64,000 nucleotides of DNA, from contig NW_024704743.1 in the NCBI RefSeq assembly GCF_018977255.1, positions 1,674,001 through 1,738,000 of the forward strand, in the 5' to 3' direction. Positions 26,964 to 38,820 of the stretch are shown piece by piece. The position numbers were made by a program, and so were the translations under genes. Numbering within the stretch: the stretch's first letter is position 1; each line of letters starts with the position of its first letter. The stretch is from Callorhinchus milii. Taxonomy: Eukaryota. A model generated the notes under the pieces. It was given only the letters and a program-made list of their open reading frames with translations. It searched no databases and was not told the origin of the DNA.

Positions 26964-28814
26964 CATAATTTGCACGCAGCAGTGTCCCACAAACAGCCTT
27001 GAAGTGAACGACCGGTTTTATCTGGGGAATTATCGAGGCAGGACACCAGGCGAAACTCTCTTCTCATTTTGAATAGTGCCACCTGAAGAGGCAGCAATCA
27101 CGGCCTCTGCAATCACGGCTGATCGACCTGTTTGGTCTGTTGTGAGTTCAAGCCCCACTCCAGGACTTTGAACTCGCCATCTCAGATGAGACCGCAAAGC
27201 AGCGTTGAAGGAGGCTGCGTTGTCAGAGGTGCCGTCATTGGGGTGAGATGTTTAACGGAAGATCTATCACCTGTTCAGGTGGAGGTTGAAGATCCTATGG
27301 CCCTACTTGCAAAGAGGAGGGAGCTCAGTTTAATGTCTCATCTGAAGAACGGCACCTCTGACCAAGGAGCAGTCTCCCCGTTGGAGATGTCAGGCCTTGA
27401 ACTCCCAAACGTCTGACTCAGAGGCGAGAGAGTACCAACAACTGAGCCAGGCTGACACACTTAGACGTCTCAAGTCAAAGAACCCCTTTGACATCTTGAG
27501 TTCTGTAGAGCTCTGTCTCTAACAGTGCGGGGGTGCGGGTGGGAGGGTGTGGTGGGGGGGGGCAGGCAAACACGATATTCCAATCAAATACATTTGAAAC
27601 GGGGGCTGGAGGCTGATCTGCTCTCTGGATAGGTTTTCAGGTACCGATTGGGCTGAATGGTGATTTGTTGTGTCGTCTGCTCCAAAATGCATTCCTTCAG
27701 AGGTGACTTTGTTCAAACGGACACCTTCGATGTCAAACCCGCTCGCGTGAAGAGAAATAATACCGTGCTCCATGTCCTCTGCCCAACCCGGCCCGCCCCA
27801 CCGTCGGCGGTCGGCCCTTCAGCCTTTCTGCCCTCACCTTTTGGCACTCCATCCCACATTCCCTTCCCCTCGCCCCACCCTCCCTTGCCTCCTTCAAGGC
27901 CTGTCTCAAGACCCTCCTCTTCGACAGTCTCTTCAGTGACTGGTCTGCCCTTCTAGGTCCTACTGATGAGCCAGACCGACTGTGCTGTTATCATCAGCAC
28001 TTGTAGGAAATGATCCTGTGTCCCATAGGAGGCCATCAACTGATATTGGCCGGTGTAAGATTTCATGAGGGCGACATCTTTCTTTTCTTCTTCTGTGTCT
28101 CAATATCTTCCTTGTGAAGGAAAAACAACAACAACACATTACATGTGTGTAGCGCCTTTCACGTCAGGCGGACGTCCCACAACAACAACAACAACTTGCA
28201 TTTGCATAGTGTGGGGTAAGGAAACGTACAATAAGCAGAACCAAAACCAAAACATTTTGAGATTTGGTATCAGCCACAGTTCCTCTGTTCAAGGAATTGG
28301 CTGTGAATGATCCTGAGATCTTGGAAGGAAAATGGATATGAGCGAAATGAAGTCTAAAACATTCACCTGCGATAGGAAACACAACTTTCAATGTAGCAAA
28401 GCCCTCCCATTATCCAATCTGTTTGACACGACATATACCTGACTTGAAAGACAAGTTCCTGATGGAAATAATTAGTTGCAGTTGCATTTCCGCCGGGAAA
28501 TAAAAGTTCCCTCAATCAAAGAAATCTCTGTGCTCTCTCTCTCTCTCTCTCTCGGGCTTCTTTAGTGCATTGTGATCACCTTAAAATTAATAACAATCCT
28601 TACATTTGATTTTGTTTTGTAGTCGACTGGGTGTCTGACACGTGCCGAAACTCATCATCATTCCTAAGAGTATCCGAACCTTCATCGGAATGAAGTCTTC
28701 GCACAAATACCCAAACCAGCTCACATTTTAATCCTCGTAAGTACAACCCGTCAACTCCCCACTTGCCCATTCGATTTTCTATCCTTCCGTCAAAGACTTT
28801 TATATTCTCACGTT

Positions 28815-29080
28815 GGGCCAGACTGGTTCAGTGGGTAGCACGCTCGCCTCAGTCAGAAGGTTGCGGGTTCAAGCCTCACGTCAGGACTTGGAACTCATAC
28901 AGTCTAAGATGACACTCCAATGTAGTGCTGGGATGCGTTGGAACAGCTTGAAATAAAACGTTAAGCCAAGGTCCTGTCTGGCTGTTCAGGAGAATGTTAA
29001 AGATCCCTCAGAACTTTTTTCAAAAGAGTTTCCCCTAGTCCTGGCCAACAGTCCCCCAGATTAAAGTGGTCATTCACTGT
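28815..29080 (+). mobile_element. DeuSINE/SacSINE1-like element (family B)
   Basis: tRNA-like head ...GTCAGAAGGTTGCGGGTTCAAG followed by Deu-like core. Confidence 0.7.
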
Positions 29081-29120
29081 GATTGCTTCTATCCACACAT
29101 TGAGACACATAGGCACAGAA

Positions 29121-29470
29121 CAAGCCAAAGCCCTGATGGGTAGGGTGGTCCTCGCTGGACAAGCAGTGGGAAAGCTTGCCAGTCAACGCTCTCAACGGCA
29201 AGTTATATGGGTTTTGCTGGTCGGACTCCAGCAGTTACCCCAACGCACACTCTGGGTCTTCCTAAACCTTGGCTCTTGCCAACCTGCGCATAGTACTCTC
29301 CAGAATCAGGTACGCAGGATGCATCCCTCCAGGGAGAGAGAGAGCGAGAGAGCGCATTCCATTCCAACAATCTATCTCTGGGATTTATGGGTGTAGGTGG
29401 GAGACGGGGAATTCTCAGTTGGGTTTGGAGACTCTTAAGAATGGTAAGGGTTTCCGTGTGTATCAGACAC
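29121..29470. repeat. Family C repeat
   Basis: Colinear with 25300-25688. Confidence 0.75.
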
Positions 29471-29974
29471 CCGGCTGACGGAAAACGAAATAGGCACCGA
29501 ACATGAAACAACCCTCAAACCAATGTCTGAGGCTCACAGACAAGACCACCACCCACCCCCTCCCCCCCACTTCAATATAATTTGGAGAAGCAGATGGGAA
29601 TATTTTTAATTACCCGTTGATTAAATAACTGCTCGTTGCGTGAGGGGAAATGATGTCTTGACATTAAAAGTAAAATGTCATCGTTGCTAATGCCACTTGT
29701 AATGGTTTTCAGACTTTTTGAGAAGAGATGGCGAACACATGAGGCCTTTATTGTAAGTGAGGTCTCCTCGGAGCTGCGCTGGGTCTACGTCGAGGTGCTT
29801 GACAATGGAATGTCAGAATCAAGTCAACCCTCATCCTTACTCAGAGGATACAGTAATTAATAAATCAAACAGAGTCTCGTTAGAAATGAGTGAAAGTGAA
29901 GAGGAATAAAGTGATCGCACGGATTCCGAGCGATAAATTATTCAACTTCATTCCAATTTATTCCAGGAAAACAG

Positions 29975-30330
29975 TCAGTTTGGCTCGGTTGGCAGCACCG
30001 CCCTCTCGTCTTCAAGTCGGAAGATTGCGGGGAGGGTTCAAATCCCACGAGTTGCGTTGCCAAAGGTGCCGACTGTGGGATGAGACGTTAAACCACAGAT
30101 GTGACCTGTTCAGGTGGACGTTAAAGATCCCGCGACAATAGTCAAAAAGAGAAGGGAGTTTCTCTCTCTCTCGCTCGCTCTCTCCTGGTGTCCTGGCCAA
30201 CAATACCCCCTCAAAATAAAACGGGAAATCAATTTCACGGCTGTTTGCGGGACGTCGCTGTGTGCAGTTGCGCTCCCGCGTTTGCCTGCAAAGACGCAGT
30301 CACTTCATTTCACGGTAAACCCCGTGAAGT
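29975..30330 (+). mobile_element. Family B DeuSINE-like element
   Basis: GATGAGACGTTAAACC...CAGGTGGACGTTAAAGATCCC...GGTGTCCTGGCCAACAAT. Confidence 0.7.
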
Positions 30331-30716
30331 GATGATAATAATCCTTACGTGATAATACATCGCCTTCTGGAGGAACCGTTCTTTCACCACGGATTCGATG
30401 ACCAGATTTTCACCCCCAATGGCATTCAGCGAGGCAAGCCACGAGTAGCAGCTCCCAGAGGGGGCCATGTGGATCTTATTGCAGCCGAAAGAAGGTCTTT
30501 AATGCCTTAATAGGGGCAGCCCTGAATGTCGGTGCTTATTTGCTGAAGAGTATTCCTCACTGAACTGCGCGGGCCTTATGCAATGTGACACAGCCTGAGG
30601 CAATTTGTTAGTGGCCCTTCATATGTGTCGGATCATTTGCTGTGCTTGACTGTCTCTGAGCTCAGCTGCGGCAAATAGTGCTCTCTCAGCCAAAACGCTC
30701 CATTTTCATACAAAGT

Positions 30717-31097
30717 GGTCCTGGAGCTCGCCTCGCAAGCGAGAGGACCCGGGTTCGATTCCCGGGCAGGTCAGGGCAAAAAGTTGGGCAAGTTTCCTCA
30801 CTCCACACACACACACACACACACGCGCCGCTGTTTACCGGCAGTCAGTAGGAACCCGGTTGTTAGTCGATGGGCGGATGGCTTTTCCGGGGGTAATAAT
30901 CCCTTCAAAAAAAAATTAATAATAAATTTGGTCACTCAACCCGCGGCTGTTTGAGGGGACGCTGCCGTCCGCAATCGGCTGCCGCGTTTCGCCCACAAAA
31001 TACACAGTCAATTCACTTTACGGCGTATCCTGTGAAGCGCTTTGAGACGTCTCGAAGCCGGGATCAGGCGCTGTGTCGAATGCCGGGATTGTTGTTA
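30717..31097 (+). mobile_element. Family A SINE
   Basis: CpG-rich, near-consensus body and tail; small head deletion. Confidence 0.9.
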
Positions 31098-31159
31098 TAT
31101 CATTAAGCAGACCAGGATACACATGTTACAGTCTACACTAAATAAAAACTACGTTTGGT

Positions 31160-31572
31160 GTAGCATCGGAAGGACGTCCCAAAGCACTTAACGGAAATAA
31201 ACTGTGATGTGCAGTGACTGTGTGTTTTGTGAAGCAGCCAATTTGCAAACAGCAATGTCTCTCGAACGGCCATAAAGCCAGTGACTGATTCTATTTGGGG
31301 GGAATGTTGGCCAGGACACAGAGAGAGAGAGAGAGAGAGAGAGAAAGAAAGAGAGAGAGAGAAAAACTCCCTTCTCTTTTCAAATGGAATTTGATCTCTA
31401 ACGTCCATCCGAAACAGGCGGAGACCATGGTTTAATGCCTCATCCAAAGGATGGCACCTCCAACAATTCAGCCCACGCCCAGTGACAACTTAGACGAGTC
31501 CCGATGTGGGGGTTTGAACCCACGACATTCTGACTCAGAAGTCGGAGAGTTACCAACTGAGCCAGGAGGGCT
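31160..31572 (-). mobile_element. Family B DeuSINE-like element
   Basis: Head at 31500-31572, Deu core with (CT)n expansion, tail near 31160. Confidence 0.7.
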
Positions 31573-32026
31573 GACACACGCATACATCAGCATCCGGGCA
31601 GGTGGCTTATTGGGAAGATTCCACGCATCGCGAAAGTCGTCATCGAACGAAACTCCGCATCAGCGTTGCCCCCAAACTCACCCCAAAAATATCCACGTCA
31701 TTTGCGTGGATCCAGTCAGGGTGTTTTGTCAGCAATTGGAAAGGGGCGCACCGTTAAATGCTGACTGTTACGTACAGCGCCTTGGGACGTCCTCCCGACG
31801 TGAGAGGCGCTTATACAAATGAGAGGGGTTCGTTCGTGGTTGGATGGGTTCCATTGCTCCGCGTGAACACTGCCGGGGATGTCGGTATCAAACCTGACCC
31901 CTCTGCTCCAACCATCCAGTCATCTTCGGCTGTAAATCTGTGTCGCGCGACTCTTGTTTCGATGCCTATTGCCATAGAATTTACATTTATATTGATCCCA
32001 ACGACAACACTCGAGAAGAGAAGAGA

Positions 32027-32061
<35 letters not shown>

Positions 32062-33400
32062 AGTTTCCTGGCCAACAATCCTCTCCACGGAAAAGCGGTC
32101 GTTCATTTCACAGCGGTTTTGTGAGCCGTTGCTGTGTGTAAATGGGCTGTGGCGTTCACCTACAAAATGCACAGTGTTCCTGCAAAAAGGATAATAATAC
32201 AACAATAATAATCCTTGCAATTGGTTTAGCGCCTCATCGTATCGCGTCGCTGAGACGTCTCAAGGCGCTTCACGGAATATATTGCAAAGTGGAGTGACTG
32301 TGTATTCTGTCGGCAGTGAATTGTGCAGCCCAATACGCTTCCCGTGGAGTGCCTTTGTGCGTTGTGGGCAAACACGTCAGGCAATTTGCGCACCGCAACA
32401 TCCCACAAGCCCACCGCGGGGTTGATGGCCAATTTTATTTGGGGGATTTTTTGGCCACAGGACACCGGGAGAAAGTCCGGAATTTAAGGTGCAAACTCAG
32501 CGATTTCATTAAGAAATTAAATGAAATGACGCTTTGAGACCCCCGTTCCCACCCCCCCCCACCCGACGTTTCGTCCTGCCCGGGGCACGGTATCCTGTGA
32601 AGCGCTTTGAGACGCATCAAATGCTCTTATTATTATTATTATTTTTATCATTATATTATTGAGTCTGAGCTCCGAAATGTGACACCTTCGCCAAGAGTCT
32701 CCCGATCTGGATTGTATCTTCGACCGCGTCTTCGGTCACCCTCCCCGCCCTCCGCCCTCCGCCCCCCCCCCGATCCCAACCCACCAGCTGCGCGGACGCA
32801 GGGCATATGATATAATTTGGGGGTTACAGCTGGATTAAACGCACGTGAAATGAGCGCGGCTGGGATAGCGCGGTCGTAAACCTCGGCACATCTGTGCGGA
32901 CAAAACCAAGTCACAGCTGGACAGGAGGTAAACTGGGCCACAGCTGGAGAGAGGATATCTCTCTCTCTCTCTCTATATATATATCTATTTTATATCTCCA
33001 CAAAATAGACAGTCACTTTACAGCATGTCCTGCGAAGCGCTTTTGGAGACGTCTCGAAGACGGGATGAGGCGCTGTGTCAAATGGAAGGGTTATTATCAT
33101 TATTGTTGCTGTCGGTTGTGATGTGTAAACCTGGACACGGATGGAATAACCACAGTGCGTAAGTCATAATAATGCTGATGATGATCCTGGGGTTTGATAC
33201 AGCGCCTTATCGGGGGCTTCCAGACGGTTCCCAAAGAGCCTCACGAGGGATACGGTGTCAAGCGTAGTGACTGTGTGCTTTGCGGGCGAACCGATTGCGC
33301 ACAGCGACGCCCCCACAAACACACAGCCGCGGGTCAAAAAAAATTATTATTAGATACTCTATAAACCAAAGCTCAGTCCTCAGGCACTGACATAACCTGT

Positions 33401-33629
33401 ACCAGAACTGACCCCCACCCCCCAGAACTAACCCCCAACCCCCCCAGAACTAACCCCCACCCCCCCCCAGAACTAACCCCCACCCCCCAGAACTAACCCC
33501 ACCCCCCCCAGAACTGACCCCCCCCCCCCAGAACTAACCCCCACCCCCCAGAACTGACCCCCACCCCCCCAGAACTAACCCCCACCCCCCCAGAACTGAC
33601 CCCCACCCCCCCCAGAACTGACCCCCCCC
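33401..33629 (+). repeat. C-rich ~20-22 bp minisatellite CAGAACT(A/G)ACCCCCACn, ~11 units
   Basis: Units read directly. Confidence 0.9.
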
Positions 33630-33715
33630 TCACTCAGCCACTGTGCAGCGACCGCACACACAGAGCCACTCTGTCCCCCATCCAACTGGATCCCAGGCCA
33701 AGCACTCCCCAGACA

Positions 33716-34693
33716 TCCCTCCCTCCTCCGTCCTCCTCCATCCCCTCCCTCCCTCCTCTCCTCCTCCCTCCCTCCTCCTCCATCCCCTCCCTCCTCTCCT
33801 CCTCCATCCCTCCCTCCTCCCCCTCCCTCCCCTCCTCCTCCATCCCCTCCCTCCTCCCTCCTCCTCCCTCCTCTCCTCCTCCATCCCCTCCCTCCTCTCC
33901 TCCTCCATCCCCTCCCTCCTCCCTCTCCCTCCTCCTCCATCCCCTCCCTCCCTCCCTCCTCCTCCATCCCTCCATCCTCCTCTCCTCCTCCCTCCCTCCC
34001 CTCCCTCCCCTCCCTCTCCTCCTCCTCCATCCCCTCCCTCCCTCCCTCCTCCTCCATCCCCTCCCTCCCTCCTCTCCTCCTCCTCCTCTCCTCCTCCCTC
34101 CCTCCCTCCTCCCTCGCTCCCTCCATCCTCTCCTCCTCGATCCCTCCCTCCCCCCTCCCCCTCTCCCTCCCCCTCCCTCCCTCCCTCCCCTCCTCCTCCA
34201 TCCCTCCCTCCCTCCTCCTCCATCCGCTCCCTCCTCTCCTCCTCCATCCCTCCCTCCCCTCCCCCCTCTCCCTCCTCCTCCATCCCTCCCTCCCTCCTCT
34301 CCTCCTCCTCCTCCTCCTCCTCCATCCCCTCCCTCCCTCCTCCTCCATCCCCTCCCTCCCTCCTCTCCTCCTCCTCCTCCATCCCCTCCCTCCCTCCTCT
34401 CCTCCTCCTCCATCCCCTCCCTCCCCTCCTCCTCCATCCCTCCGTCCCTCCCTCCTCCTCCTCCTCCTCCATCCCCTCCCTCCCCTCCTCCTCCTCCCCT
34501 CCCTCCCCTCCTCCTCCATCCCCTCCCTCCCCTCCTCCTCCATCCCCTCCCTCCCTCCTCTTCCATCCCCTCCCTCCCTCCTCTCCTCCTCCTTCTCCCT
34601 CCCCTCCCTCCTCTCCTCCTCCTCCATCCCCTCCCTCCCTCCTCCTCCTCCTCCTCCTCCATCCCCTCCCTCCCCTCCTCCTCCCTCCCCTCC
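33716..34693 (+). repeat. ~1 kb polypyrimidine tract (CCT/CCCT/CATCCCCTCC)
   Basis: Almost exclusively C/T with a periodic A. Confidence 0.95.
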
Positions 34694-34794
34694 CAGTTCC
34701 CGGGATCAGCTGTGCGAAATATTCCAGGCAGTGAGTGGCCGGGATTCCCGGGATCAGCCCCACCTCTCCCCCCTCTCCCCCCTCTCCCCATGTA

Positions 34795-36590
34795 ACTCAC
34801 TTACACAGAGAGAGACAGACACACACACTCTCACACTGACACACACAGAGACACTCTCACACACACACACACAGACACTGACACACACACTCACACTGAC
34901 ACACACACTCACACACATAGACACACACACACTCACACTGACACACACACTCACACACACTGACACACACACTCACACACACACTCACACACACACTCAC
35001 ACTGACACACACACTCTCACACTGACACACACAGAGACACTCTCACACACACATTCACACACACGCTCACACACACACTCACACTGACACACACACTCAC
35101 ACACACACACTCACACACACACACACACACTGACACACACACTCACACACACAGACACACTCACACTGACACACACACACTCACACACACACTCACACTG
35201 ACACACACACACAGTCACACACACTCACACACACACACTGACACACTCACACACACACACACACACACAGAGACTCACACACACACTCACACAGACACTC
35301 ACACTCACACACACACTCACACACACACTCACACAGACACACACATACTCACACTCACACACACATAAACACACACACACACATAGACACTCTCTCACAC
35401 ACACAAACTCACACACACACAGACAGACACACACAGACACACAGAGACAGACACACACACAGACAGATACACACACACACAGAGAGAGACAGACACACAC
35501 AGACGGAGAGAGACGCACACACAGACAGAGAGAGACACACACACACAGACAGAGAGAGACACAGAGACAGACAGAGACACACACACACAGACAGACACAG
35601 AGACACATACACAGAAATACAGAGAGATACAGACACACAGAGAGGGACACACACACAGACGGACACACACAGGGACACAGAGAGAGACACACACACACAG
35701 AGAGACACACACAGAGCTACATACAGACAGATACGGGCACAGAGAGAGACACACACAGGGACACACAGAGAGACACACACACACACAGAGACACACACAG
35801 AGAGAGAGACACACACAGAGCTACATACAGACAGATACGGGCACAGAGAGAGAGACACACACAGAGACAGAGAGAGAGAGATATACACACACACGGACAC
35901 ACATAGAGAGGGACACAGAGACAGAGTGATATACACACACAGAGACAGAGAGAGACACACAGAGAGACAGAGAGAGACACACAGAGAGACAGAGAGAGAC
36001 ACACAGAGAGACAGAGTGAGAGATACACACAGAGACACAGAGGCTTGTGGATGCTGTTGTGGTGAAAGGACCTCAAAAATATACAGAGACAGAGATAGAC
36101 TTGAGAGACACACACACAGACACTCACACAGATAGACTTGAGAGAGAGAAACACACAGATACTCACACACAGATAGACTTAAGAGAGAGAGAGACACACA
36201 CACAGATAGACTTGAGAGATACACACACACACACACACACAGATACACAGATAGACTTGAGAGACACACACACTGATAGACTTGAGAGAGAGAGACACAC
36301 ACACTGATAGACTTGAGAGATACACACACACACAGATACACAGATAGACTTGAGAGACACACACACTGATAGACTTGAGAGAGAGAGACACACACACTGA
36401 TAGACTTGAGAGAGAGAGACACACACACACACACACACACAGATAGACTTGAGAGACACACACACAGATACACAGATAGACTTGAGAGAGAGAGAGAGAC
36501 GTATATGCAGATAGAGACTTGAGAGACAAACAGACAGATAGAGAGACTTGAGATTTGAGAGAGCGAGAGAGCGAGAGAGGCAGAGAGAGC
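34795..36590 (+). repeat. Compound (CA)/(GA) simple-repeat field ending in a GATAGACTTGAGA-(CA)n composite repeat
   Basis: Read directly; GATAGACTTGAGAGA recurs more than 10 times at 36090-36560. Confidence 0.95.
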
Positions 36591-36719
36591 AGAGCAGGTC
36601 TAGTGACATTTGTGGGCAGACGCCGCCGCTGACAACAACAACAACAACAAATTAACATTTGCACAGCGCCCTTCACGTCAGGAGGACGTCCCAAGACCGA
36701 GGGGTTGGGGGGAAGGAGG
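36560..36719 (+). promoter_or_regulatory. Putative TSS/5'UTR region of the DPP6a-type exon
   Basis: GA-rich run then short unique GC-rich sequence directly upstream of the ATG; positional inference only. Confidence 0.5.
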
Positions 36720-36779
36720 ATGAATCAGACGGCGGGGGTCTCCAACAATGTCAAGTGCTCATCTGTTAAAGGCGTCAAG
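36720..36779 (+). CDS. DPP6: Alternative first coding exon of dipeptidyl peptidase-like protein 6, DPP6a/DPP6-E type (MNQTAGVSNNVKCSSVKGVK)
   Basis: ATG at 36720, 20 open codons, phase-0 donor AAG|GTAAGT at 36780. Matches my recollection of mammalian DPP6a [20 protein letters not shown] (14/20) better than DPP10a MNQTASVSHHIKCQPSKTIK. Confidence 0.9.
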
Positions 36780-37938
36780 GTAAGTCGGGGCGAAAGGGTC
36801 AGGAAGGGGGGTTTGGCGGGGGTAAAGCTTCGGTGTCAAGCACACGCCAGAGACGCACAAGGAGTTTCCATGTTCTTAATTCCTCGTCGTCGTGGGTTAA
36901 AGCAACTCCTACGTGTTAGGTCAGGGCATTAAGGGGTACGGGGCGAAGGCGGGTAAATTTGTCTTGAGGTACAGCTCAGCCGTGATCTTATAGGATGGCT
37001 GAACCGGCTCGAGGGGCTGAATGGCCTCCTCCTATTTCTGTGTGTGTTTCTTTCTCCCCCCCATCCCCTTAACTCCCCTTCGAGCATCACCAGCTGCTTT
37101 GCAAATGTTCTCATCCCCTTGTTTTTTTTTCTTTGCCAACGAAACTATTCGCTGCGCTTTCTGGCTTCCGTACTTCAGCCCACAGAGCCACCAAACCTCT
37201 CCCCACCCACGCAGAACCACCCCCCCCCCCCCACACACACACACACACTCCATCTCTGTTTCGCCTGGGATTTAAATGGTTAACGTGCTGTGTTTCGGTG
37301 GGAGAGAGAGAGAGAGAGCACGGCTCTCTGAACTCAGCAAGGGGAATACATTAATCTTGAGCTGGGAGGGAGGGTGTAACATTTTGTCTTAAAAATGGAC
37401 CAAAAAAAAATGTCAGGGAGTATACCTCGTATTAACGTTGATTCTTCCACTTGACTGAAATATCGAGTTACATTTGCCCGTCGCTCTGCTCTGCCAAACA
37501 AAAGTTGGGGTCGTTATATTCGAGCGTTAGATCTGGGATTGAGAGAGAGAGAGAGAGATGATCATAGACACTGGAATGACTCTTATTTCTTTTCTCTGCC
37601 GGACTGGCCCCCGCTTAACCCCCTCCGCCCCACACGCTCTTCCCTGCCTCCAGGAGGCCTCCTTTCGATGCCTGTGTTCAAATGTCTTATTATTGGTTGT
37701 CGGATGTTTTAGCCGAGGCCAGTTTGAGTCTCGAGGTGCTGTCTAGACTTTTGTTGCTGAAGTTTGGGTCTGTGGGTACCTCGATTTGTGGGAGATCTCG
37801 GTTTGTGGGCCACCTTATTTTTTTTATATATATCTGGTGTATTTTGTTTGTGGTATCCCTCGATTTGTGGGGTACCACAATTTGTGGTGTCTCCAGATTT
37901 ATTCTATATCTAGATCTTCTCTGGAACCTCAACTTGTG

Positions 37939-38176
37939 GTTGATCTAGATTGGCTATTGATCCAGATTGGCTGTTGATCCAGATCGGCTGTTGATCTAGA
38001 TCGGTTGTTGATCTAGATTGGCTGTTGATCCAGATCGGCTGTTGATCCAGATCGGCTGTTGATCTAGATCGGTTGTTGATCTAGATTGGCTGTTGATCTA
38101 GATTGGCTGTTGATCTAGATCGGCTGTTGATCCAGATCGGCTGTTGATCTAGATTGGCTGTTGATCCAGATCGGCT
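37939..38176 (+). repeat. 17-bp minisatellite GTTGATCYAGATYGGYT x14
   Basis: Units counted directly. Confidence 0.95.
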
Positions 38177-38820
38177 GTTCCTTGTATGCCCTCATGTTGC
38201 TGTACACTTAAATATTTGGCCTGTGGTATATGTTTAAGAGTTGGATGTTCTGGTAATATTTATTTGTAAGACACTGATGCTATTTGTGTGGGGTTTTTTT
38301 GGTATGTGGTGGGTCTGACTGCTGTGCCTTTTTGTGTGGGGGTCAGAAAGGAGGTGAGTGATTAACTGACAGATTGCATCCTGTGGAAACCAAAGAAAAT
38401 TGTCTTTTTTTTTTTCTCCCTCAACTCTTTTTTGCTGGACAATAAGTGGATCGAGCGCGTTTGAATCTTGAGGACATGTGTGAAAAAAAATTACACTGCA
38501 AAAGCGAGTACTGTCTTGATTTCCTTTTGAAACGGCTGATGAGCATTTTAGTGTCTGGAAAATGCCACCTATTTTTGTAAAGTGGGTGATTCAGAGAGAG
38601 AGAGCGCGCGCAAGAGAAAATTCTGCTTCAATGATAAGTAGATTGGATGTTGGTTCTTATTTGCAGGCCATCGCCTGTATATTATGTACATTTGTAAAGC
38701 AAATTGGGGGTGAGGGAGAGCAGAGAGGCAGGAGGGTGGTCGAAAAGGAGGGTCTTGAGTCGCGCCTTCAATAAATGTATCTATTTAATAATAGATAATT
38801 ATTTAAGGAGGACAAGTTTT

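Noticed and set aside
27960..28012. Hammerhead candidate CTGATGAG...GAAA in a family C end
   Set aside because: No convincing stem II closing on GAAA, and the core is not kept in other copies (about 21200 and 51366).
33575..36694. Long ORFs (up to ~390 aa) on both strands
   Set aside because: Translations of CT- and CA/GA-rich repeats, open in several frames, with no domain signature.
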